Origin: Candidatus Beckwithbacteria bacterium
GTDB taxonomy: Bacteria > Patescibacteriota > Microgenomatia > UBA1400 > CG1-02-47-37
NCBI GenBank assembly: GCA_026397255.1
Contig: JAPLVF010000011.1
Location: 7,589 to 71,588, forward strand
Direction: 5' to 3'
Length of the DNA: 64,000 nucleotides
The notes below the pieces were generated by a model. That model saw only the letters and a list, made by a program, of their open reading frames with translations, was not told the DNA's origin and searched no databases. This document shows positions 9,501-17,023 of the stretch, piece after piece (position 1 is the first letter of the stretch; the number at the start of each line of letters is the position of its first letter). A program made the position numbers and the translations under genes.

Positions 9501-11149
9501 AAGTAAGCGTTGCTCAGGCTTTTCCTGCTCTATTAAGAGCTAAAAAGGTATTAATCCTTGGAGACAAGAAACAATTTAGTAACGTTAAGACTGCCCAAGC
9601 TCGATCAGATGAAAATAGAAAATATTTAAGTCAATTAAAAGATTGTTTTGTTAAATGTATTTCTGATGAAGGTACAAAATTAGTAAAGCTCGAAAAATTT
9701 AACATTAAAACCTCTATTCTTGAGTTCTTTGAATTTATTAGCAACTACAACACGCAACTCTTAAAGTATTTTAGAGGCTACAAAGAGATTATTTCCTATT
9801 CGAATAAATATTTTTATCAGGACAGTCTTCAAGTAATGAAAATTCGAGGGAAGTCGATTGATGAAGTACTGAAATTTTCGTTTATCAAACATGATGGAAA
9901 AACGGAGTTGTTGCAAAATTCTAATGAATTGGAAGTCAAATATATTATTTCGGAATTGAAAAAACTAAAGGAATCAGGATCTAGCCAAAGCGTTGGTATT
10001 ATTACGCCTCATACTAACCAACAGAAATTATTAGTTGAAAAAATTAGCCAATTACCCGAAAAGGATTACTTTTACGATACTTTTAAATTAAAGATAATGA
10101 CTTTTGATACCTGCCAGGGTGAAGAGAGAGACATTATATTTTATTCAATGGTTGCGACTGAAGAAGACGATCATCTTTGGGGCGTGTTCATCAAAGATTT
10201 AAATGATGTTGATGTTGAAGAAGAAGGAAGAATAAAAGCCCAACGATTAAATGTTGGCTTAAGTCGTGCTAAAGAATGTATGCATTTTGTGCTAAGTAAA
10301 CCTATTGAAAACTATACCGGCTCAATAGGCGAGGCTTTGAGACACTATTATTTTGTCCTTAATGAAGCCAAAAAAGAGCATAGTGTTACCGAAGTTGATA
10401 AAAAATCCAAGATGGAGCCTGAAGTTATGAATTGGTTTTACCAGACGGATTTTTGGACAAAACATAAAGATAGTGTTGAGTTTATTCCCCAGTTTGAGCT
10501 TGGAAAATATTTGAAGCAACTTGATAGAACCTACAATCATCCAAAATATAAGGTAGATTTCTTACTTGTATATAAAGATGAAACACATAAAGAGCATAAG
10601 ATCGTAATGGAATATGATGGTTTTAAGGAGCACTTTAAGGATGTAGATGAGATAAATGAATATAACTATCAAGACTATTATTCTGAGTCAGATATTTATA
10701 GAGAAAAAGTATTAGAAAGTTACGGCTACAGATTTTTAAGAGTAAATAAATTTAACATTGGTAGTAACCCCATTGCCACTCTTAACGAGAGAATAACAAG
10801 TTTAGTTAAAAATGGTGCAGGGAAAAACAATGTTATTAGTCATATACACGAGACAGTAGAAAATTTAGAAAATGGTTCGATGAAGGAGTGTCCAAAATGT
10901 AAGGAGGTTAGAGAATACAAAGATTTTAGGGACCCCGATTTGACAACCGGATATGGACGATTTTGCATGCATTGTAAGGGTTATACGCTAGTTGATAAGC
11001 CCGTCGAAGAAGTTAATGACGTTGTAACTTCTGGTGATAAGAATTGTCCCAAGTGCGGTTCAAGTATGATTTTAAGAAATGGGAGATATGGCCGTTTTTA
11101 TGGATGTTCCCGTTTCCCTTATTGTAGAGGAACTAGACAATATATCTAA
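6554..11149 (+). CDS. SF1 (Upf1/DNA2-like) helicase with C-terminal Vsr/PD-(D/E)XK-like nuclease and C4 zinc fingers
   Basis: QGPPGTGKS, IIDEASQ, LGDKKQ, GIITPH, TFDTCQGEERD, RLNVGLSRAK; KVDFLL..MEYDG; CPKC..CMHC and topoisomerase-type CPKCG..YGCSRFPYC. Confidence 0.9.
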   Translation: MNENNIQTDNSEDNVKLSKSLTFIREVAKYFMDFLETDFHKRKNPKRSVQLRSGNNLLIGLNLNKYPTFANLVWKAINHSFDKSVLNGIPKGVYRTNIPQNLLDLIELSLNKITNKQIAQILEQVTEEIEKSSTLYKKEYDQALSTALEAASKIIQTNLVLPFISYLEKPLENLNLGDEDSTYLMEEELTSVLTSLLENKISEVIKLLLAKEKVDISKQLKDVFDIDNAKANILSFFESFRVGDLFAEVYEMERNRTILDKQEFYLYFCDITFEKAKYPIFYIPFTVEKQNDLLNIEFDSQVYINKKALEYISQQYNQEKDKKGNLKTIAERIIYLAQHQNDFRELISEILNEITNFFELDNNINIDKTDPQVAKSFLVRASNSCYITLFDKSDEALVNDYEEILKLLSSEDSILAGAFNKLIDDFIQKDPKSFNIEIQEDWNDQEVQDKLVFQSPIPLNEEQLQILSAIKQDDCKYIIVQGPPGTGKSHTITAVVFNAILKNQSVLVLSDKKEALDVVEDKITETMNKVRTDDNFQNPVLRLGKIGNAYAKILSPISIKAITNNFLAVKKNYKDLEQNIDKSQKSLKEDIEAEILTYKDIDIKEIHEYFDLESYHTNNGFPIDLEEVVKQQESAIDLEEFRKIFLTLKAKLVIDTDENEKTLKIFELLDFSLDDFKDTSDFQKYLQFLNSLSSSITKLREVYGDNLNSILEFENFDSSRLKVLNSSIQKYKEEKNWLFGYLFKKDQIERLNTEFRKNFKYSSSIEPQQNLKKLDEAANIYNYADEIFSKLDNKFISKLDYLHFFHQVIKDESVLSFLNDLIALNDDIKYLGSNINKYPLTAKKLKVNLSSFKTLTDNKFTKISDLDFDKLIRYLSLNQKIEKDFQDIPALNYDSQKKDIESLLTVQMTHVMDNRLIGFWTQHQATAIALKKIIQSKMKFPQSEFLKLKEAFPCILAGIRDYAEYIPLEPEIFDLVIIDEASQVSVAQAFPALLRAKKVLILGDKKQFSNVKTAQARSDENRKYLSQLKDCFVKCISDEGTKLVKLEKFNIKTSILEFFEFISNYNTQLLKYFRGYKEIISYSNKYFYQDSLQVMKIRGKSIDEVLKFSFIKHDGKTELLQNSNELEVKYIISELKKLKESGSSQSVGIITPHTNQQKLLVEKISQLPEKDYFYDTFKLKIMTFDTCQGEERDIIFYSMVATEEDDHLWGVFIKDLNDVDVEEEGRIKAQRLNVGLSRAKECMHFVLSKPIENYTGSIGEALRHYYFVLNEAKKEHSVTEVDKKSKMEPEVMNWFYQTDFWTKHKDSVEFIPQFELGKYLKQLDRTYNHPKYKVDFLLVYKDETHKEHKIVMEYDGFKEHFKDVDEINEYNYQDYYSESDIYREKVLESYGYRFLRVNKFNIGSNPIATLNERITSLVKNGAGKNNVISHIHETVENLENGSMKECPKCKEVREYKDFRDPDLTTGYGRFCMHCKGYTLVDKPVEEVNDVVTSGDKNCPKCGSSMILRNGRYGRFYGCSRFPYCRGTRQYI

Positions 11150-11157
11150 TTAAAAAT

Positions 11158-12408
11158 ATGAAAAAAATTAAAGTAACAATCCAGGACGAAAACACACTAA
11201 AACTATTAGAAGATGCCCAAAGGGGTGACATAATCGATCTCAAATCGATACACGAAACGGATATAGATAAAACTACAATTGATATCCTAATCAAATCAAT
11301 CAAAACTGATGAGTTTAATTCACAGCTAGAGGAAGCAAAACGCAATATCGAAAAAGAGAAGGGTCTTGAGGCTCAACTCAAAGAAAAAGACATTATTAAT
11401 AGAGCGAAAGAAGCGCTTGCAAAGAAAGATCAGGAGATTGTCAATTTAAACACTAAAGTCGAAAACATTGCCAAACAGGTTGAATCGGATGCAAAAATTG
11501 AAGCCTTAGAAGAGAAAAAGTCTTTGGAAGATGGTTATCAGCAAAAATTGACTGAAAAAGAAGCTGAAATTCAAGAGATTAAACATCAAAAAGAACTAAA
11601 TGAGCAAAAATACCAGGATCAACTCAAAGCGAGCGAAACTGCTTTAGTCTCTCTAAAAGAAATGCGGTCTAGAATGAGTACCAAAATGATTGGTGAATCA
11701 TTAGAGGTTCACTGTGAGAACGAGTTTAATAGGCTTCGCCCGTTTGCTTTTCCTAAGGCTCAATTCGGAAAAGATAATCAACTTTCAACTTCGGGGTCCA
11801 AAGGAGACTATATCTATCGAGAACTTGACGATGACGGTAATGAAATTTTAACCATTATGTTTGAGATGAAAAATGAGGAAGATGAAACATCTACTAAACA
11901 TAAAAATAAAGACTTTTTCAGGGAATTAGATAAAGATCGACGAGAAAAAAAATGTGAATATGCAGTACTTGTCAGCTTATTGGAAAAAGAAAACGAATAT
12001 TATGACGATATTGTTACAGTGCCTGAATATCCATGCATGTTTGCCATAAGGCCTCAACATTTTATTACAATAATTGGGTTTTTACGCCAAGGTAATTTGA
12101 AATCTCAAGAATTGCGACTGACTATTCAAAATCTTAAAAATCAAAACATCGATGTAACCAATTTTGAATCCAATATAAATGCATTTAAGGATGCTTTTGC
12201 TAGAAATTATAACTTAGCTGCTGATCAATTTAGTAAAGCAATTGAAGAAATCGATAAGACTATTGATCATCTCAATAAGGTTAAAGAAAATTTGCTCAAA
12301 TCAGACAATAACCTGAGATTAGCTAACAACAAAGCCACAGAACTTACAGTAAAAAGATTGACAGCTAACAGTCCAAGTGTTGCAAGGGCTTTTGCGGAAA
12401 AAGTCTAA
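11158..12408 (+). CDS. DUF2130-family coiled-coil protein with nuclease-like motif
   Basis: MSTKMIGESLEVHCENEFN, GSKGDYIYRE, IMFEMKNE, KKCEYAVLVSLLE, NLRLANNKA. Confidence 0.8.
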   Translation: MKKIKVTIQDENTLKLLEDAQRGDIIDLKSIHETDIDKTTIDILIKSIKTDEFNSQLEEAKRNIEKEKGLEAQLKEKDIINRAKEALAKKDQEIVNLNTKVENIAKQVESDAKIEALEEKKSLEDGYQQKLTEKEAEIQEIKHQKELNEQKYQDQLKASETALVSLKEMRSRMSTKMIGESLEVHCENEFNRLRPFAFPKAQFGKDNQLSTSGSKGDYIYRELDDDGNEILTIMFEMKNEEDETSTKHKNKDFFRELDKDRREKKCEYAVLVSLLEKENEYYDDIVTVPEYPCMFAIRPQHFITIIGFLRQGNLKSQELRLTIQNLKNQNIDVTNFESNINAFKDAFARNYNLAADQFSKAIEEIDKTIDHLNKVKENLLKSDNNLRLANNKATELTVKRLTANSPSVARAFAEKV

Positions 12409-12484
12409 ATATGGATTACTTTAATGTTTTAGCAACGAAGATTAAATGAAATTAAGCTTTTAGAGAAATGGTTATTGGAATTTT

Positions 12485-13030
12485 ATGAGAGTAGCTATAC
12501 TAGAAAAAATATCTCGAGAACTCAGTAGTGGAATTGATACCGAACCGAAGACTCTATATATACTTGCTGAGATTAGAAAGTACATTGACGGTTACGATGA
12601 AGCGGAAAAAGAAAATTATCCCAACCTATACTTCTATTGCGATTGGGTTTTACACATTCAAATGGATCGAACTCCAACAAAAACACTTTTAAACAGATTC
12701 GAATCCCTTTTTTCAGGTATTACCGATCTGAAAGAAATATCAAGACTTTTTAAAGAACGAGAAAGAAATTTCTACCTGTTAGTAGATTTAAAAGAAGAAC
12801 TACGAAATTTCCTAGTTAAAAACGGTTTATCATTGGATCTAATTGAAAATAATGGTAAATGGTTTAAGTTCAAAAAGCTGTTAACGGAAATACTCCTGGA
12901 TTGTCCATTGGTGAATACAGGAGGTAGAGTAGGCAGGTTCGCTTATGAAAAAGGAGACGATGCGCAAACAAGGTTCAGGATTAAAATAGATAGGCTTGGA
13001 TCCTTCAAAATTACTCTGAAAGAAAAATAG
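12485..13030 (+). CDS. Hypothetical protein
   Basis: 181-aa ORF co-oriented with the helicase operon; LAEIRK and FYCDWVLH segments. Confidence 0.7.
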   Translation: MRVAILEKISRELSSGIDTEPKTLYILAEIRKYIDGYDEAEKENYPNLYFYCDWVLHIQMDRTPTKTLLNRFESLFSGITDLKEISRLFKERERNFYLLVDLKEELRNFLVKNGLSLDLIENNGKWFKFKKLLTEILLDCPLVNTGGRVGRFAYEKGDDAQTRFRIKIDRLGSFKITLKEK

Positions 13031-13045
13031 AAAGGCATTACATTT

Positions 13046-13219
13046 TTAACCTTCTCTGAAAGGCGGGGAAACTTTCGATTTCGTTACTCTGAACTTAACC
13101 TGTTGTCCTATTACCTTTTTATCTTCTTCGATTAATTCCCCTCTTGATACTTCTACTCTTAATGAAGCATAGAAGCCTAAAGCACGACCCCCAGTAGTTA
13201 TATTTGGGTTTCCATATTG
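13046..13219 (-). pseudogene. recA: recA-like fragment (57 codons, no start codon)
   Basis: Manual translation QYGNPNITTGGRALGFYASLRVEVSRG...VIGQQVKFRVTKSKVSPPFREG matches the RecA [20 protein letters not shown]...KVVKNKxxxPF region. Confidence 0.88.
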
Positions 13220-13222
13220 CCA

Positions 13223-14299
13223 TTATTTAACAATAATTCCGTCAACTAAGAAGTTGTTATTTTCTGTTTCAAGGCTAAATCTTTCCATTGTGCGTGTTCG
13301 TTGTTTTATATACTTAGTTAATATCTTACTTTCCTTTATAAGGTATTTTTTAGTTTCAAAGACTCTTTTTGGTTCTATAAAATTACTCGATCGATATTCA
13401 ACAGGTACTTTATATCGCATTACAGGATGAATATATTCCCCACAAATATTAAAGAATTTCCTTGTTTCTTTTGTTCCAAGGGTTATTATGAGCTCGGTAT
13501 CGCGTGCTATTGTTGTTTTTGTATTAATATCGTATCTCTGTTTTAGGAAAGTTCTTAATATCTCAATGGAGGGCTCATTAAAGCAATTTGTACAGATTTT
13601 AATAGCTTTTCTGTCACCATCAACAAAAGATCCATCGTCTTGATACCAAATAGCTAGAACAAGGGGGGAAATATCTATGTCTTTGGGGACTTTATGTTTC
13701 TTTGTTCCTTGATAGAAATCAATATATCTTTGTCTAAACGTAGTGCTTAAAAATGTTTCTAGATATAAACCTCCCCGTTTGTGCTTTCCCATTGTTTTAA
13801 CTTTAAAATAACTAGATTTCCACAGTAAATAGTCGTCTTGTTCTTTACAATGGGTTTCCCTATATTGAAATTTTTCATTGCCTATTCTTCTTAAACATCC
13901 ATCACCAAGTAATCCACCTAAAATAATTTCTTTTTGGATATCGCTCGGTTGCCATTCTTTAATCAATAAAAGGATACTATCACCGACATTTATCTCTCCA
14001 ACTGTTTTATAACCATTTGGTGTTAATATTTGTTGTTCTGGAGTACAGGCGAATCTTGCTCTTCCATTTCCTTCGCACTTAGTTGAATAAAGTTGAATGA
14101 AATATTCTGCTTTACTATTATGAATCCAGTTTAATATCGGTTTTGGCTCAATACTGTTTGTATCTGTGTTTAACGTTAGTATATTCGCTTTAACCCTGTT
14201 ATTTACGAGATAACCAATCTTCTTTGTTGTTCTGTCTTCTAGAACGACTTTGGCATCATAGTGAAAATATGCGCATTTTTCATTATTTAGATTATTCAT
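13223..14299 (-). CDS. Free-standing intein-derived LAGLIDADG endonuclease (RecA-b intein-like) with degenerate splicing residues
   Basis: Hint blocks recognisable (xFHYDAKVVLEDRTTKKIG, FACTPEQQILTPNG, FLVDGIIV); LAGLIDADG motifs IILGGLLGDG and LAIWYQDDG. Confidence 0.88.
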   Translation of the reverse strand: MNNLNNEKCAYFHYDAKVVLEDRTTKKIGYLVNNRVKANILTLNTDTNSIEPKPILNWIHNSKAEYFIQLYSTKCEGNGRARFACTPEQQILTPNGYKTVGEINVGDSILLLIKEWQPSDIQKEIILGGLLGDGCLRRIGNEKFQYRETHCKEQDDYLLWKSSYFKVKTMGKHKRGGLYLETFLSTTFRQRYIDFYQGTKKHKVPKDIDISPLVLAIWYQDDGSFVDGDRKAIKICTNCFNEPSIEILRTFLKQRYDINTKTTIARDTELIITLGTKETRKFFNICGEYIHPVMRYKVPVEYRSSNFIEPKRVFETKKYLIKESKILTKYIKQRTRTMERFSLETENNNFLVDGIIVK

Positions 14300-14519
14300 A
14301 TAGGAAACCGTAAAAATCGGTTCCCTATGAATGCCAATTCAGAGAGATACTAGAGAGGTTTTTAACCTCCTAAGCTATCCCATGGGTTTAGGATTATAGG
14401 TAGCGCATTTTGAAGAGAAGTAGTTTTAGAGGATATATTTATCCGGTTTTTACTTTACTTCTGCACAAAGCCGTAATTGATAACTACTTCCACGAGGGAT
14501 ACTGAAGCTGAAACTGTGT

Positions 14520-14690
14520 CTATTTACTTAATACTGGTACAGGTATTTTCCAAAATCTTCCATTGTTTGCCTCCACTACGGTATAATTAGTTTGCATTTT
14601 TAATAAGTCTTGTAATACTTGTAACTGAACCTTAACTCGTGCTAACGCTTCTCTAGGGAATAGCTGATACAGAACGTTCGGCGGGCTTTG
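14520..14690 (-). other. Displaced 3' end of the integrase gene (56 codons plus TAG), in frame only after excision
   Basis: Joining at GGAGC gives ...TTLL-QSPPNVLYQLFPREALARVKVQLQVLQDLLKMQ...PVLSK-stop. Confidence 0.7.
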
Positions 14691-14758
14691 GAGCCAACCA
14701 TTTTTAGCCTAAAACTTTTAACTTGCAAAAACATTATTTTTGGAGTAGATTGCGGCTA

Positions 14759-15775
14759 ATGAATGTAGAAAGTTTAGCAGAGGTAGCTCGAGGTCTCACG
14801 CCTGTGGGTAAGGGAATTTTAGCTGCTGATGAAAGTTCCGGTACAATAGAGAAAAGATTTAATACCATTGGGGTGATTTCTACAGAAGAAAATAGACGAG
14901 CGTATAGAGAATTACTGTTTACTGCGCCAGGAATGGAGCGGTATATAAGCGGCGTCATTCTGTTTGACGAAACAATAAAACAAAGTACACGCGGGGGTGT
15001 TTTATTTCCCGACCTTCTCACACAAAAAGGTGTCAAGCCTGGGATAAAAGTTGATCAGGGGCTTGAGCCCTTGGGAGAAAACGGCGAAAAGGTTACGAAA
15101 GGATTGGAAGGTCTTCCCGAAAGATTGGCAGAGTATGCGGCTCTGGGAGCTGTATTTACGAAATGGAGGGCAGTCATAAACATTGGAAATGGTGCACCCA
15201 CCGATGCCGCAATTGCCAGAAATGCTGAAGGATTGGCAAAATATGCAGCATTTTCTCAAGCAGCCGGATTGGTTCCAATCGTAGAGCCAGAGGTTCTCAT
15301 GGATGGTGACCATTCAATAAAGATGTGTCGGGAAGTTTCAATAGCTACTTTAACAAAGGTTTTTGCTTCGTTAAAAGATCACGATGTAGACCTTTCCGGT
15401 ATGCTCCTTAAACCAAGCATGGTTCTTCCCGGAAAGAATTCCCCCGATCAAGTTGATGACGAAGAAATTGCTAGACAAACAATAGAGGTGCTGTTGGCGA
15501 CCGTTCCCCGTTCGGTTCCCGGCATAGTTTTTTTATCAGGAGGACAAAATCCTCAAGAGGCAACAAGAAGATTAAACGCAATGAATAGAATGTTTAGGGA
15601 TAAAGTTCCTTGGCAGCTTAGCTTTTCTTATGGACGCGCTCTTCAGGAGCCGGTACTCCGGGCATGGGTGGGGAAGCCCGAGAACGTAATAGCCGCTCAA
15701 AAGGCTTTCATAAAGCGGGCGTGGTTAAACAGCTCTGCACGTTTCGGAATGTATAAACCCGGAATGGAGGGGTAG
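14759..15775 (+). CDS. fba: Fructose-bisphosphate aldolase, class I
   Basis: GKGILAADES, GIKVDQG, KWRAV, VPIVEPEV, LLKPSMV, FLSGGQ, FSYGRALQ. Confidence 0.96.
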   Translation: MNVESLAEVARGLTPVGKGILAADESSGTIEKRFNTIGVISTEENRRAYRELLFTAPGMERYISGVILFDETIKQSTRGGVLFPDLLTQKGVKPGIKVDQGLEPLGENGEKVTKGLEGLPERLAEYAALGAVFTKWRAVINIGNGAPTDAAIARNAEGLAKYAAFSQAAGLVPIVEPEVLMDGDHSIKMCREVSIATLTKVFASLKDHDVDLSGMLLKPSMVLPGKNSPDQVDDEEIARQTIEVLLATVPRSVPGIVFLSGGQNPQEATRRLNAMNRMFRDKVPWQLSFSYGRALQEPVLRAWVGKPENVIAAQKAFIKRAWLNSSARFGMYKPGMEG

Positions 15776-15874
15776 TGTTGATTAACACAATTAAAATTCG
15801 TGTTAGTTCATGGCGGGGGAGCTGAGGCTAATTTTGTGCACCACGCGGTTTAGGTGTTATGCTAGAATGAAATC

Positions 15875-16054
15875 ATGAAAAGATACCCCCTTAGTCTGTA
15901 TGTAACTGGCGTTATTATCGTTCTCGCAATTATTAATTTTATTGTGTGGTTGTGGTTTATTGGTAGAGGGATGAGCATAGGTATCTTTTCCGCTGGTTTC
16001 TTGATAGGGATGTTAGCAATGTATATAGCTGTACATTTTTATCGGTGGAAGTAG
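15875..16054 (+). CDS. Small two-helix membrane protein (59 aa)
   Basis: Manual translation MKRYPLSLYVTGVIIVLAII...AVHFYRWK; below the ORF-track cutoff. Confidence 0.55.
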   Translation: MKRYPLSLYVTGVIIVLAIINFIVWLWFIGRGMSIGIFSAGFLIGMLAMYIAVHFYRWK

Positions 16055-16237
16055 ACCCTATTCATACGTGGCTGGGCGTTGGCTTAGGTAGAAGATAGAA
16101 CCATTTGACCTGACGACTTCTTAATTTCTTCCCATTTACTCTTAACTGACTCCATTTGAACAGTATCCTGTAAAGCTAATAATATCCTATCCAAGGCTGC
16201 TATAATTATTTCAGAACTGAGGAGTTATTAATGAAGA

Positions 16238-16426
16238 TTATTTTTCGCACGCAGTTTGTTTTACTCCAATTCCTAAAAGAACTTGTTGGGGATTTTGGGG
16301 ATTGGCAAATAAAGCAACGTGGTAAGTATTGGCATTGGTAATTACGGTCACGGTATCGTTTGGTTTTTGGTTCGCCAGAGCATGAGTTAATTCGTCTTTA
16401 TTTCCAACACAATTTGTAGTCCGCAC
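16238..16426 (-). pseudogene. Possible PDZ-domain fragment
   Basis: ELTHALANQKPNDTVTVIT...LLGI resembles the second half of a protease PDZ domain; no convincing start. Confidence 0.3.
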
Positions 16427-16479
16427 AATTTTTCTTTAGTAGGCTTGAGAAAGGAATTCACATACTAATTATATGCAGA

Positions 16480-16644
16480 CTAACTAAAAAACTTCCAGAC
16501 GATGATAATTCCTATGATGGCGCCAACGCCGCTGAAAAAAATTGAGGAAAAGGAAATTAAATTTGTTCCCCAGAGAGCCGGTAGGTAAGCGCCGATTATC
16601 GATCCGATAAAGGCCGCTAGGTAATAAAGAGTTTTTGTAGACAC
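16480..16644 (-). CDS. Small membrane protein (54 aa)
   Basis: Manual translation MSTKTLYYLAAFIGSIIGAYLPALWG...VWKFFS (GTG start). Confidence 0.6.
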   Translation of the reverse strand: MSTKTLYYLAAFIGSIIGAYLPALWGTNLISFSSIFFSGVGAIIGIIIVWKFFS

Positions 16645-16678
16645 AGCTAATTTTATACCTCCAGGTGTATAGTAAGAT

Positions 16679-17023
16679 ATGTTGATTTTAATCTTGTTTT
16701 TGATTGTTGGGTCGATTCTTGTCTATATCTCAAAATTTAATTTCATGTTAGTTTCAGTTAATTTAGGGTTGTATGTTTTTAAGGATGTTTCCCTCTTTTA
16801 TGTAATGGTTGGTTCGTTGCTGACGGGTTTGGTTCTATCTTATTTGGTTTATTTTGTCCACACGATTTCTAACTCTTTTAAATTTCGGGGTAAAGATAAG
16901 GAAATTAAGAAAGAAAAGGATGAAGTGCTGGAGTTAACCAAACGAGTGCACCAGTTGGAGTTGGAAAACGAAAAACTAAAACATAAGTCAAATTCTGAAC
17001 CAGACGACAGAAACGCTTTGTGA
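16679..17023 (+). CDS. LapA/DUF1049-like membrane protein
   Basis: Two TM helices flanking VSVNLG, then a coiled coil. Confidence 0.65.
   Translation: MLILILFLIVGSILVYISKFNFMLVSVNLGLYVFKDVSLFYVMVGSLLTGLVLSYLVYFVHTISNSFKFRGKDKEIKKEKDEVLELTKRVHQLELENEKLKHKSNSEPDDRNAL

Larger units (their letters stand above)
3708..14694. mobile_element. Integrative element / genomic island (~11 kb) inserted at the tRNA-Asn 3' end
   Basis: Serine integrase abutting the tRNA; GGAGC core at 3708-3712 and 14690-14694; right flank restores GGAG-CCA; visibly more AT-rich than the flanks; rejoined ends give a dyad-symmetric attP and an in-frame integrase extension. Confidence 0.8.

Noticed and set aside
13223-14299. 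Functional splicing intein in an intact recA
   Set aside because: No N-extein, a stop instead of HN, and the +1 residue is not Cys, Ser or Thr
13220-14520. Group I intron carrying the endonuclease inside recA (S-like AAGATTTAGCC, terminal ATTATT/AATAAT hairpin and G just before the recA codons)
   Set aside because: No matching R element, no convincing P/Q core and no 5' recA exon upstream; an Infernal group I scan would settle it
14528-14563. Minus-strand 11-aa ORF MEDFGKYLYQY with GGAGG upstream
   Set aside because: Too short to support and nested in the displaced integrase tail
15810-15822. TGGCGGGGGAG resembling an antisense tRNA 3' end or second att site
   Set aside because: No cloverleaf and no match to the tRNA-Asn end
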